A DNA stretch of 64,000 nt. It comes from Mesotaenium endlicherianum (Eukaryota). Below, in pieces: positions 1 through 12,268 of this stretch. The stretch spans positions 456,986-520,985 of the forward strand of contig WELA01000694.1 of assembly GCA_009602735.1 (NCBI GenBank). The letters run 5' to 3'. The position numbers and the translations under genes were made by a program. The notes below the pieces were generated by a model. It saw only the letters and a program-made list of their open reading frames with translations, was not told the origin of the DNA and ran no database searches. Positions within the stretch are counted from its first letter, which is position 1, and each line of letters opens with the position of its first letter.

Positions 1-334
1 TTCACTCGACGACGATGGACGTCGACGCAATCAACGACTTGCATTCCATTTGCGTTCGGATGCTTGACTCTTTTGACAACAGTAGTTACATCCGCGCTGG
101 GCTCCTTCACAATGAAGCAATTACACGTATGTTCCCCTACAGTGCAAGACCATTAGTATATTAACACTCACTGCAGCTCCTAATATATCCCTTTTCGTCC
201 ATATTCCCTTCACATGACTGTCGATGTGCCGCGTTGTACTCCAGAGTACAGATTTAGCAGCCAATGCCGGATACACATTATCACTTCAACACCGCTTACC
301 AAGTTAGTACTTGACTAATGACGCTTAACTGTTA

Positions 335-870
335 TATCGCCAATTTTGGAAGGACAAGAACCTTACCCAGAAATGGGCTTTTGAGGAGCAAAACCGTGCT
401 AGGGGTTTGAAAGTCCAGAACGAGGCTTCGGAAGCCAAGTTAGCCAATTTATCGTTAAGGAGAAAAGTTCAAATTGTACCTGTCGCCAATACAGACGCGA
501 TTGCATTAGCTACCGCTCTAAATAGGGCCTTGAGACAATTAGAAATTGGCCAGTGAAGGACCGCTGCTGAAGGAAATGTCGCATAATTTAGCAAGGTATT
601 TGCAAAGTCTATGTGCAGAGCCGTCAAACTGACTGACGCATATCAAAACTCTGGCACAAGACCGCCTGCCAGAAATTTTGCTGGTGGAAGCGCTTAGTAT
701 GAATAGACATGCAGAAGCACCGAGACGTTATCAGAAGAATATGGAAGCTGGAGATGACCAGCTTTATCGCAATTATTATCTGCGTCAGTTTTTAAGTTGC
801 TTAAAGCACACTTTCCTAAAGATTGTAGCACTAAGGTGCACCGCTATTTTTTTTTTTGAAATGAGTCGTT
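335..870 (+). pseudogene. Degenerate gag fragment related to the DNMT-Gypsy element at 32617-52869
   Basis: KNMEAGDDQL here matches KDMEAGDDQL at ~36175-36205. ggaaggacaagaaccttacccagaaatgggcttttgaggagc matches ggaaggatgaggatctcacccaggaatgggcgtttggagaac at ~35781-35823. Frameshifted and AT-shifted. Confidence 0.75.
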
Positions 871-1607
871 TTACGTAAGCCATTTAACAATTGAAAAAAG
901 ATGTCTATATCAGCAAGAAATCTTCATGGGGCTTTTTGGTGAACTTATTGATAAATAAAAAGACCACACAACTAGCTTATAAATACTCATAGTCAAATGC
1001 AAGGAACGAGCATCAATCATGAAATTAGTTTACTCATACATAAGCAAGGTGAGGAAGCATATTGAGCTCATTTATCTAGCTCAGTTATCTATTATACTTC
1101 AGTGAATATCATATCTATCAATTATACTGATTCATCACAATCTCTCCAACTTAAATTGTTGTCGTCTCGTACACGCACCTTGCTGACAAAGACAAAGCAA
1201 CAACATGAACAATCTCACGAAGACATGAAGTGAACCTGTATCATCAGAGAGTTTGTGGTCTGCGTGCGATTGGTTGCGGGGCCTTGCGACGGGCTGAGTT
1301 TGGCTCAGCGCGACCTTGACGCGACCCTGAGCGACTCCTCGCGAACGTGTGCGAGTCGGACGACGACACATTGTTCGGGCGACTAAAGACGACCTCTCGC
1401 GACGAAATTGTGCGAGCTACGGGCAGCTGGAAGGTAAGACGAGCGCCTCCAAGTCAGGATTGTATCGATGCAGGTACAAAGTAGAGGTTGGAAGGCAGCG
1501 ATGCAGGTACGGGCGGCTGCTAGTTGACATTTATCTATCGATGCAGGTACTCCTCCTTTGTTTCCCGTTGTGTTGTGCAGCGAGTATCAACCAAACAGCG
1601 ATCAAAA

Positions 1608-2634
1608 ATGGCTGCAGTTGTGTCAATAATGAAAGGCATAAAGGCTCCACGTAAAAAAAAAGCCTCGCAGAGGGGGAGTAGAGGTAGTAGATGTGGCGGT
1701 TGCACAGGGTGACGTGCCTGCCACCTTAGAAGTTTTAGCTGGCACGATAGAAGTTTCCGTGACTGTCACACGGGATGGGGGTGATATCACTGAGCAAGAA
1801 TTCAGGAAGCTTGGTGTTTATTTGAACCAGGCTTATGTACAAAGGGGGCTCTTTGGAAGGGAGACGGGTGGAACTTGTTTCCACGACCATGCTCTGGGGA
1901 TTCTAATGGTTAATTTGAAATTGGCTAGCGTTGTTACGAAAGACCTGAAACGGTTTATGGGTTGGAGTGCCGGGCCTTGGGGGAGGACGACTTTGGAAGG
2001 AAAGGGAATTCGAGTCCTTTTGAGGCTCCTTAGTTAGAAAGGGCTTCAAACTTTTGCGGGGATGTGCGGATACTGCACCAAAGATATGCATATCAACCCT
2101 AGTTTTTTGTTTGTGCAAAAAGACGTTAGCCATGAGATGATAGAGAAAGGTGGCGAGATATACATGATGTTTGGGGATGTGAAAGATAAGAACCGTGTGA
2201 GCATAGACATCAACACCATGTACGAGAGGGTGGGCCATTACTGGACGTAGAAGCTGAGGAGGGATGGCAAAAGGTATCCGAATACAGCTTCTGTGCTGTT
2301 GCATATGGTGAGGTCTGGGAAATATTATCCTCGCACCCACCATATCACACAGGGCAGGAGGGGCGTTAATTTGGCGAGGGACGAGTCCATGTTCATCACA
2401 ATGACGCGCCCACAGGAGACAAGAATTGAAAATATTTACATAGTTTTTTTGAATCACAAGAAGCCTGTGCCTGACATGCGTGGTGGCAAGTACTACAATT
2501 TGAGGGGGCCTGTGCTTGGCGAGCCTCGCTTGAGTTTTGACAGGCCATACCGTCTGAATTCGGACGCGAGGCACGGACATCCCGTAGATCAAGTCAGTCA
2601 ACCTACTATTCCTGACGTAGAGATATTTAGTTAG
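1608..2634 (+). pseudogene. Replitron-type HUH endonuclease (rolling-circle Rep-like transposase), disrupted
   Basis: ORFs 1693-2037, 2062-2250 and 2293-2634 share one frame, separated by TAG stops. Motifs: VSVTV (motif I-like), RETGGTCFHDHALG (HUH motif II), GLQTFAGMCGYCTKD (YxxK motif III) and C-terminal LHMVRSGKYYP. No helicase follows. A basic N-terminus from ATG 1608 probably joins through a frameshift in the A-run at ~1653-1661. Confidence 0.75.
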
Positions 2635-3113
2635 TAGTATGCACGCTTTTTAGCTTTATGCTTTTTGTGCACTGTAGCAGATGCACTGTAGCAGAATCAC
2701 TTTCTCGATACTTGCGATGTTCAGAGAGACGGCTGCTTTCCACTTTCAATTCAGTTTTCAAATTCCTGGGTGGTGGATTTATGGCGTCGATGCGTGCTTT
2801 TTGTCATTTTGTTGTTTTGAGTTTGTCGCTGCACGGTGTCGTTTGGGGTCGCTTCGTGGGTGGCATTTCCTCGCCTTCCCATAATGTTGGAATTGGGTAT
2901 CGATCCAGTGTCAACTGGTAGTTTGTGGGCTGCATGCGATCGCGCGCGGCGACCTGCGACGGGCCGAATTTGCTAGAGCGCGACGCCTATCGAGCGTGTG
3001 CGATTTGGGCGAATGCCCAATTTCCGTGCGAGGACAGGCGGACTTTTGCAAATGAATTGTGCGAGTACTGGCGGATGGGGGAAGGCATGTACCCTCACGT
3101 CACTTGTCGTCAG

Positions 3114-4633
3114 TGTCGCAACTGCTATCCACTTGACGGTGCCGCACGCGCAGCGCAAGTCACGGTCGCCCAGGTACGGGAAGTCAGCATTGACTCACCG
3201 ACCAGGGGACCGAGTCAGCGGTCATGTTGAAGTCGTTGTCACTGTCAAAGTGGTCACGACACGTCACACCCACACCCAGGACGGGATGGGGATGTGAACC
3301 GAGTGGTCAGCCGAAAGGCTAGGGGCATGGAACCAGCAATGAGCCAGCCCAGCGAGTGCCAAGAAAGGTACTGATCAATCGGCTATCAAGCCAAGTACAG
3401 CAGGCATGTTGCAAAGGGCGTTGTGTGCCGCCTCGGCTAGGCCCTCAGGTGACTGGTCACGGCCTGAACGTTCATCCTAAACGCTGCTAGCCAGCCACAT
3501 AGGCGTGATTATTAGCTGGAAGGCTAAGTGGTCACGCGCAACAATCCCAATGCATGCATGCATGCTGAATGACAACTTCTAAGCTATGAGAGAGCTGCTG
3601 GGTAACGACGGCATGCAAGCTAAGCGCTGTGACTAAGCACTGGTATTCTTGAAAGAGGACAGTGTGTGGTGCTTGTGAAAGGCACGAGTCCCGCCCGAAG
3701 CTGCCTCATCCTTGCTCGCATTGTTGTCAAAGGAAGCTGAAGAAGCAGAAGGAGTGCAAAGAAGAAGGAGTTTCCAAGGCCATAGAAGAACCGAGGTGCC
3801 ACGCTTCTACCGACGCTGGAAGATTTCTTCTTAAGTGTATCATAGAAAGGTTAGGCCTCAGGAGTTCCCAAGAGAGGATCTTGCTGGTGGAAAGTAGAGA
3901 GCTGCAGAATAGAATCTGTTAGGAGATTAGCGCAGATTGAGGTCAAACGCCGCAAGCGTGCGAGGATCATTTAAAATGGTGAGTGCTGTGTTAGTTTCCA
4001 AGTTCTCAGAAGTCTCAATGGTCGAATTGCTGATAGCAAGAGTATTATAAACAAGTAAAGCTCTCAGTGAAGAAGTGAGTGAGCCCAGCCAAGCAGTGAA
4101 GAGCTGTTAAGGTGCGGTGTTGAGCGAAGAGCTCAGACCAGGCCAGCATAGATGTGCAGTTCAGAGTTTTGTAAGCTGTGGCTTGTGGAAGTTAAGCGAA
4201 AGCCTTGAAGAGCGATATTCTTTGAACCTGGCATTGCCTGTTAAGTTGCTTCGACGTGATTTTTGCAAACTACAAACTTGTTCATTCTGTAAACCCTCAA
4301 CTTGGGCGAAAGCCTGTGTGGAAGTAAGACGCTTCTGTCCTACTTGTAAGGGAAACTGAAGATAAGCTATCTTTTCGAAAATTGCTGCTAAGTGTTGAAT
4401 GAGGAACTGGTTGAACATGGGAAGCACCGAGTGTGGGATGCCTGACCGCATGATGCAAGTGCAGGAAGACCAAGAATGGGTCAAACCCCAACTAGTTTGT
4501 CACCGACACACGTGCAAGGGACGATCAACCCGATCCCCACGTGCAGCGACGCACCGACACGTCAACCAAGTCGAAGGCACACGTGCTGAGAAGCCACGCA
4601 CGCGCCAGGGGTCTGACGCTGTTAGGCACAACA
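3114..4633 (+). mobile_element. Solo 'A+B' terminal repeat of the split-LTR DNMT-Gypsy family
   Basis: Starts TGTCGC, ends CACAACA. Flanked by 4-bp TSD TCAG (3110-3113 and 4634-4637). Colinear with 51352-52869. A = 3114-4341, ACT linker 4342-4344, B = 4345-4633. Confidence 0.92.
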
Positions 4634-5685
4634 TCAGTCGTGTTCGAGATGATTTGAAGCGGTCAAGACTTTGAGTGCGCCGGGCCGGCCCATGCACTGT
4701 TAATGTGCATCAAATGTCTTCGAAATCGTCATTCGACTGACACATTTTTTTTACATTTCTGTTTGGGCAGGGAGTCGCGACTGGCGAGCCATGGCCGCTG
4801 GCGATAGCCTGGAGGGGAGCGGGGGGCGGACGGGACCGAGGTGATTTCAATCAACGAGGTGAGTTCGTTCGACCCTCGCTCGTGTATTGAAGTTTCCGGG
4901 GTTTGTGGCGTCAATGCGTTGCTGTTTGTCATTTAGTGGTGTCGATGCGATGGTGTCGTGTATGGTCGTTTGGTCCGGGCCAATTCGTCGCCCCCTCACA
5001 AAGTCGAAAATGACCACTGATCGAGTATGAGAGAGCATGACTACCAACAGGGCATTTGCATTGAGCAAAAATCAGCAAGAAACTAGCACAAACCTTTGCA
5101 CCGTGACTTGAATCACGTCAGATTGGCATATCGACGGCTCAAGATCGAATTAAGTGCAACATCATAAACTTCAGCATCCTTGCCACCAACGTGTATGCTA
5201 GCCGTAGTTTTTGTGTGTCAGAAGGGCGGTATTTTGTAGTTTAGGAATAGACAACGCGCGAGAGAGAGCATACTACAGTGAACGCCTGCTGTCAAAAAGA
5301 CTTGGCAAAGTATTTTGAACTCCATGCGCTTCCACGAAGTCTGGAGCCCGAGAAGCGATTTCTCCAAGGACCATAGTAAAAGGTTAATTCTTACCTCAAG
5401 ACACCAATCCTTCGCATATCATTGGCTCTCTCACTTCAATATCTGTGAACAGTGCTTTCAAACACGCGTGCGAAGCATCGGCTCTTTTTGCCAAGTTTCG
5501 ACCACTTCGGTAGACACGCAGCTCGAGGGCCACCGAAAGGTTTCAATTGCGTCCTTCGCAATTTTTTGGGACATCGACGCCTCTCCTTCTATTTGACGTC
5601 CAAAATTTTGGTCGTCAATGTAGAAGTTCTCGCCGTTTCCCTCTCATTCCCTATTGTCAGCCAAAATAGCCTCCGCTATTCAGAA

Positions 5686-8660
5686 TGGCGTAGGCAGCAT
5701 CAATGTGCGAGCAGAGTTATCCCTTCGCTCTTAGCAATCATATTGTCGTCTATAAATTTGTTGTCCAACAAGATGCTAGTCATTACCAAGCTATGTTTCC
5801 CCCATTTCCTCTCGGGCAACAACCCACTTTGCCTTGGGGTACTCTAGAATCCGTGGCTGTCTCTTCCTCCCCCTTATTGTCTGGGAGTGCACTCCCTGTG
5901 AGCTACATTCCCCAAAACCAGCAACAGCGAAGTGTGCAGTACGTACCTTCGCCCTACGCCCAAGTACCACTGCGATCTCCAAGACTGGTGTCTACCCTTG
6001 GCGCTCCAACCTTCCCGGTAAACCCTTTATCTCAATCATCTGTTAATGTACTGCAAAATTAAGCAGCTTATTGCAGTATTTGAGGGGCCTTGTCGAAAAA
6101 TAATTTTGTTTCCCTGGGCTATTCATGTTCATGTTCATGAAAGCTAAATTTCTAAATTGTCCCAGCAGTCACTGCCTGCACCGTTGTTTGTAGCCCCTCA
6201 TTACTTCCCTTATCTAATGTCTTCTGTGACTGTGGTCTTCTCAGGCGGTCAATCACAACGTCGACACTGCGCCCCTCCAACAGCATACCATTGGAATGGA
6301 CAACAACAAGTCACCAAACTATCCGGTAAAGTTCTCAAACAAACCCCTGTGGTGTGTAAGAAATTAATTTCACGCTTGTGCATATCATGCCCATTTCAAT
6401 TGATGTGTGCTTCTTGCATTTATGGTTCATGTGATACACAGGCACATTCTTGCAAGTGCCTCATTACCTGTATCTTTCTTAAACTTACCATCATGACTTT
6501 TCCTATGTGCGTGATTTGACACAGGATCTCGGCCACAACGGGAACCAAGTGTTCATCCAACATAATCCTATTGGCATGGACAACAATAACAGCGCGCGAG
6601 TGCCTCATGTGGGTTTGCCGTTGTTACAGGCTGCCAATGGCACCCCACCTGCTGCTGCTGGATACTCCTCTGCACCAGTTGCAGCAGCTGAGGTACTGTG
6701 CTTTTTAGGACTGTTTGGGACCTCCTTTTATTGCTATGATGGACAAGTTTTAGTATTAGTTTCGGCATGTTTATTACACCTGCTTAATACCTGTTATGTT
6801 CAACTGCTTCTCCCTGTTATGCATATGTCTTGCTTGCTTCGAACCTCGCCATGCGTTGCACACTTTTCCTACCCTTTTACCGCACCTTTTTTTCACCTGA
6901 TTGCCATGCTACCACCTCGTATGCTGCTGTTAGGAATTTATTTTCTTGTGTGCTCTCAACCTAGCTGTCTCTGTTTGCTGCTTGGATGCGCATCCTTCTT
7001 CTGTGCTATTCACCTGCTTGCACATGCTTTTTTGTTTGCTCTGAGCCTTGGCGTGCATTGCACCTATTTCCTCCTTTTACACAAAGCTTTTTCCCTGTTG
7101 TTCACCTGCTTGCGCTACTTTTCCTACTGTTTTGGTACTATCTCTTGTATGCTCTGAACCTTGCTCTGAACTGCACGTTCATTTTAATTCTTAATGTGTT
7201 CAAATAGTACTACGCCTGTTGTTTTCCATGATACCTCTTGCTAACATATACTTTGCACCCCATCGCAGGTAAATCCTCTGGCAGGGCAGCTTCAGGCAGT
7301 CAGCAATACAGTGGCTCAACTTCCTCTTGCCAGAGTCGTGCCAGCCTTGGCTACAGCTCGTCCCCTGGCCAAGATTCCGTGGACAGCCAGCTGTGTCGAG
7401 AAGCTCATCATGGTGCACTGTGAGTATTTGGATGAGCAGAGGCGTAAAGGCAACCCTCACCTCAAATGTGTCACTGACAAGGATGAGTGGAAAGCCATTA
7501 CCATGTCCCTGGGGCAGGCCACTGGCATCTACCGTACCAGTACTTCGGTGAAAGGCAAGTTTCAAAAAGTCTCTAGAGCTCTCAAAATCATATTTGACTA
7601 CAACCTGCATGTCCCAACTGGTCAGGTTATTGGGAGATGACTGATGCTGAGCGCAGAGCTAGGTGGGACATGGATGGCAATTGGCGTGATGAGACTTTGT
7701 ATGAGTTTTGGTACCCCTATGCTTAGAGCAGGGCAGAATTTGTTAATCCCGGTGAGCAGGATCATAATGACCTCATGAATCAGCAAGACTTAGCTAGGGC
7801 TGCTGAGCGTGCTAGAGCTAGAGAGGAAGCAGCGACTGCACCTGCTGCAAATCCTTCCGCTGACGTTAGTGCGGGCCCTCGTGCGGGCCCTCGTGAACCT
7901 GCCAGAGGTAGAGGTATAGGTACAGCGCCATCTTCAGCTCGTGCTGTGCCTGCTATAGTTACGGCTGGTAACACTAATTCCATCCCTTTTGTTTACGCAG
8001 AGAATGGGGGTGTACCTGCAGCAGTTGATTTTGAGGACAGTGGGGATGATAGTGAGAAAGATGCGTCACCTGCCAGGCCTGCACGAGCACCTGCTGCTTC
8101 GCGCCCTTTACCTTCAGCTTCTCCTGAACCTCCTGCAGCTCCTGACACACCTGGAACCAAGCCTAAGGACGCAACTCAGCCTCCGAGTGGTAAGCGTCTT
8201 AAGCAAAGTGCTGGTAGGGCCCGTGCTGACATGGCCTCTGCTAGTGATAGGCATGTCATTATTCTAGAGAACATGCAACTAACAACTGCTGATCAAGTTC
8301 TTGCGCAAAGAGAGCAGATTGATGCACAAAGGCAGGCCTCAGCTGACCAAAGAATCGCAGACCTTGCTAAGTTAGCACTAGTGCAGCATTTAGCTGATGC
8401 AAAATTAGCACAGCAGAATCACCATATGGAAATGCAGATGGCGCAGTTGACGGCTTAAATAGAGATGCAGTATAAAATGTTTAGCCAAGAGCCTTTTTTC
8501 CTATGATAATGGGCAGCAAGGTTTCATAGCTGCAATGAACAGGCTTGCTGACAGCAGGGCTGCCAGCAAGAGTTCCACGCCCACTTCCGCTGTTGTAGTT
8601 GATGATGAAGCATCTCTTGGAGATAAGCCTGCTAGTGGCTCTGCTAGTTCATCTAAGTAG
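5686..8660 (+). pseudogene. Myb/SANT-like (trihelix) DNA-binding protein, the PIF/Harbinger accessory gene, disrupted
   Basis: KIPWTASCVEKLI...DEWKAITMSL...RTSTSVKGKFQKV followed by YWEMTDAERR (trihelix pattern) at ~7370-7700, then an Ala/Pro-rich linker and a coiled-coil tail. Contains stops and a frameshift. Upstream exons are approximate. Confidence 0.7.
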
Positions 8661-8888
8661 TACTGTGCTTTTATTTTGTAATTTTTTATTCTTCGGTATT
8701 ATTGTCTTTGTGAGAATACAGATTGTAATGTAGTTTATTTAAGTAATTTCAATTCATACTCATTGTTTTGTTGTGCTACAAATGTGTCTTGTTGCCCTCT
8801 CGGCTTGCTCAAATATTACTTTGCTCAACTATGCTATTCAAAGTACATATTGCCTCACATTTCATTATGTTGTGGCTGCCATTGCAGG

Positions 8889-9450
8889 CTTGCCTTTATT
8901 GCGTGCTCGCACAACTTTGCCTACGCCAACACCGTATTTCTCCATGACTAAGCTGAGGCAAAGTTACGGACTGACATCTCGTCTAGGTGAGGCTAAACTA
9001 CGCAAACAACTGCATAATTTAGAGTATGACTTAGCAGATATCCTCTTGATAGCACACGCTGTACAGAGTCGTTGGAGTGTTGTACCACCTCCTGATTGTA
9101 AGATGTATCGCTATCCAAAATTGGAGGTGCACATGATAGAGTTTCAAAAAGTTGCTACTGAGTTGCGTAGCGCCATTGCCTACAAAGAGAAAGCACTTGA
9201 TGAGTGGAAGCAAGACATTGTGGTATAATGCGAGTTTTGCTCTTTGCTACATAGAGTGCAAGCGGTTCAAGTCCCTGCTCTTGTGGCCTCTTTCAACCTA
9301 CACAATGTCTTGCTTGAGTTCTCTGCTCGGTTGGGTGAGAGCCTGTTAGGCGTACACGGTGCTGTGAAGGCGCGCAACATGAAGAGAATACTTACACGGG
9401 TAGCTAGGCAACGCAAAGTTGCATTGTCCGCAGAGTATGTCGTATTATAA
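8889..9450 (+). pseudogene. Unknown helical ORF inside the Harbinger element (one in-frame stop)
   Basis: ORFs 8773-9228 and 9244-9450 share a frame across a TAA. Protein-like composition. Possible tgcag acceptor at ~8888. Confidence 0.35.
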
Positions 9451-10399
9451 ATTGTGTAGGTTTTACGACATACACTCAAGTGGATATTTGCTACTTTGTC
9501 ATATTTACCAACCAGTATGAGGTTGCCTTCAGGAGCAACACTTTATGTTTGAATGGTGTATTTGTATGTAATTGGACCCTATATATGAATCTAAAAGAAA
9601 GAGATCTTGCGTGTGAAACGGAATGTCAATTAATGAGCATGGTATTAATAAATTGTCATAGTCAACCATGTACAATTCTTGAACATGTACAAAAATGAAC
9701 TTGTATAAGTCATCATAACGAGGACTACTTCCTCCTCACTGCACTTGTATGAAGCAATATGAACATGAATTGAAGTTGAACTCAATCATGGCAGTACTGT
9801 CATGACGACGACGACGGAGCGCCCATGACGAAGGCCGCAGGCGCCGACATCGACGTCCTTGCAGGCCCGGCTTGCCCCGCGCTGACACCTGTCAGCAGCA
9901 ACGCGACGAGTCTTCACTGGCTGACAGGTGGCAGGTCCCAAGCCTGCGCAGTCCTGACCGCCAACTCTGCGATCGGGCCCACCGACGGGTCCACGCAGCA
10001 GCTAGCGCAGCCCTCGCAGGCGCCGACACACGCGCCCATTTCGTGCACTGTTTTGCTGGCGCCAGCAGAGCTGTACAGCGCCTGTATAGCGACAGGTGGC
10101 GCCCTGGCACGAGTCCGCCAGCAGGCCACTCCGGCTGCAGCTTCAGCAGTCGTGCGTGTTACATTTGCGCGGACGTGCGCAGTGTTGCGTACAAGCACGC
10201 AGCAACGGGACAGCCGCCCGCTGCTGGCTGCTGCTAGCAGTAGGTCCCAGCAGCCGCCGCCACGTGTCGCGCACATGCTGGCCAAAGTGCTGACTTTTGG
10301 CACCAGCATGGCCAGGCGCACACGCCCATTTGGGCCGGCGCCACGAACTGCGTTGTGCACGTTCGGCAGCAGCGCAGCTGGCATAGCTCTGACAGCAGC

Positions 10400-11620
10400 T
10401 GCGCACATGCACCGCCACATGGCGTGCGCACGCAGCCCGGCACAGCGAGGTGCGTCCAGGCGACCGCGACTGGCATCCCCGCATGGGGGGGGCACCCTGG
10501 GCTGCGCTGCGCAGCCAAATCGCCGTTCGGAGCCCCGACGGTGCGCTCAGGCCCGCGCACAGCCAGGGCTTAAACCCTGGCTGCGCACAAAACCCCGACG
10601 CACGCGCAACTTGCGTTTCCTTGTTCGCAACGTACGCACGCGCCAAGGAGGGGGCGCCACAAGCTTCGTCCGGAGCAGCTGCACCCTACGCTCTTGACGA
10701 ACCAGCGTCACGTCAAGGGGGTGCCAAGAGCACTCTGGAGGCGCCACGTAGCAGCCCAGCGGCAGCGCCGCATACTGCGCGCAACAGCGCCAGGCACATT
10801 TGCGCACGCGCAAACAGCGCAGTCGGAGGAGCGCATCGACAGCGCCGCTGGTCAGCGCCCCCGCATGAGCACAGCGCTCGCAACAGCTGCGCACACGTCG
10901 ACACGTGTCATGCGCACACGCCCCAGCACGACCAAATGCGATCTGGCGATCGCGACCGGCATTCTTGCGCAAGGGGGGGCATCCGCGACTACGCTGTGCG
11001 ACCCGACCGCCAGCCGGAGCTCCGACGACACGCTCACAGTTGCGCACAACCAGGGCTTAGCCCCTGGCTGCGCACAAAACCCTAATGCACACGCAATTTG
11101 CGCTGCCGGGGTCGCGACGAATGCACGCACCAGGGGGGGGGCGCCACAAGCTTTGCCCGGTCCCGCCGCACTCCACGTCACCGACGGACTGGCGTTACGA
11201 CGCGTCCACCTCAGGTGCTGCCTGGGGGTGCCACTTGGCAACCCCGTAGCAGCCCCGGACGCTACGCACAGCAGCGCAAGGCGCGCTTGTGCATGCGCGG
11301 CCGATACCGCATCAGCGCGACCAGCGCAGAGGGGGGCGTACAGCGACGGTGCTACAGCAGCGCCAGCGCTAGGTGCACCAGCACCAGCACCACTCGCAGC
11401 GCCAGCGCCAGGTGCGCCAGCGCCACCCGCAACGCTAGTGCCAGCGCCAGCGCCAGGTGTGCCACCTTTAACGCCAGGTGCCTCAGCGCCAGCGCCAGTG
11501 CCAGCGCCAAGTGCGCCACCGTCAGCGCCACCGCCAGAGCCACCTGCAGCGCCAGCACAAAGTGCGCCAGCACCAGCGCCGCTCGCAGCGCCAGCACCAG
11601 GTGCCCCAGCGCCAGCGCTA
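10400..11620. repeat. GC-rich block with an imperfect ~480-bp-spaced duplication and a (GCGCCA/GCACCA)n minisatellite
   Basis: ~10400-10700 resembles ~10880-11180 (both contain caNccagggcttaNNccctggctgcgcacaaaaccc). Hexamer array at ~11355-11620. Confidence 0.7.
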
Positions 11621-12268
11621 GCACTTTGCGACGCGTCTGGCCCCGTTGTCGCCACGCGTCGGGCTCCGCAGGCTAAGCACAGGTCCGGCCAGGCACATAC
11701 CAGGTTGGGCGCAGGTGCGTCCATGGACCGGGGAAGGTTTGGCCCGGACTTGCTCTGCACCTTGGCAATGGCATTCCCGCCACGGCCGTCACACGCGCCC
11801 CGGCCTGAAACTACTCTCGCCTGCTGCGCCAGCACGCTGGCGCACGCTACCACTTGGCAGCAGCTCAGCCAGCAGCTCAGCAGCTGATGCGCACCCGACC
11901 GCCTAATGCACAAGAGTAGGTAGAATTGCAAAACATGCACATAATTGACAAGTCTGCAAAATGAAAAGAGCACACACAAATTCACGTGAATGATGGACAC
12001 ACAACCTGTAGCACTGAGGTGATTTAACAATGAGTAATGAAAGAATATAGTACAAATTTTACGAAGAAATTGAGCTAAATATACCATGCTGAAGTTAATT
12101 GCTACCTCCATTCTTTGAACCAATATGTTGTCGCTGTACTAAAAGACACATCTATAGAAGAGGCACTAGTTTAAATCCTCTCTCCATGTTAACCTAATAT
12201 TTACAAAAAGACCATTATTTGCTAGTATTGGTTGTTGAGCTCAACAAACCGCTGGCTCAAACAAATAA

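Noticed and set aside
11355..11620. CRISPR-like array
   Set aside because: Contiguous degenerate hexamers without unique spacers.
9825..12123. Long overlapping ORFs on both strands
   Set aside because: Expected from GC-rich hexamer repeats lacking stops; no recognisable domain.
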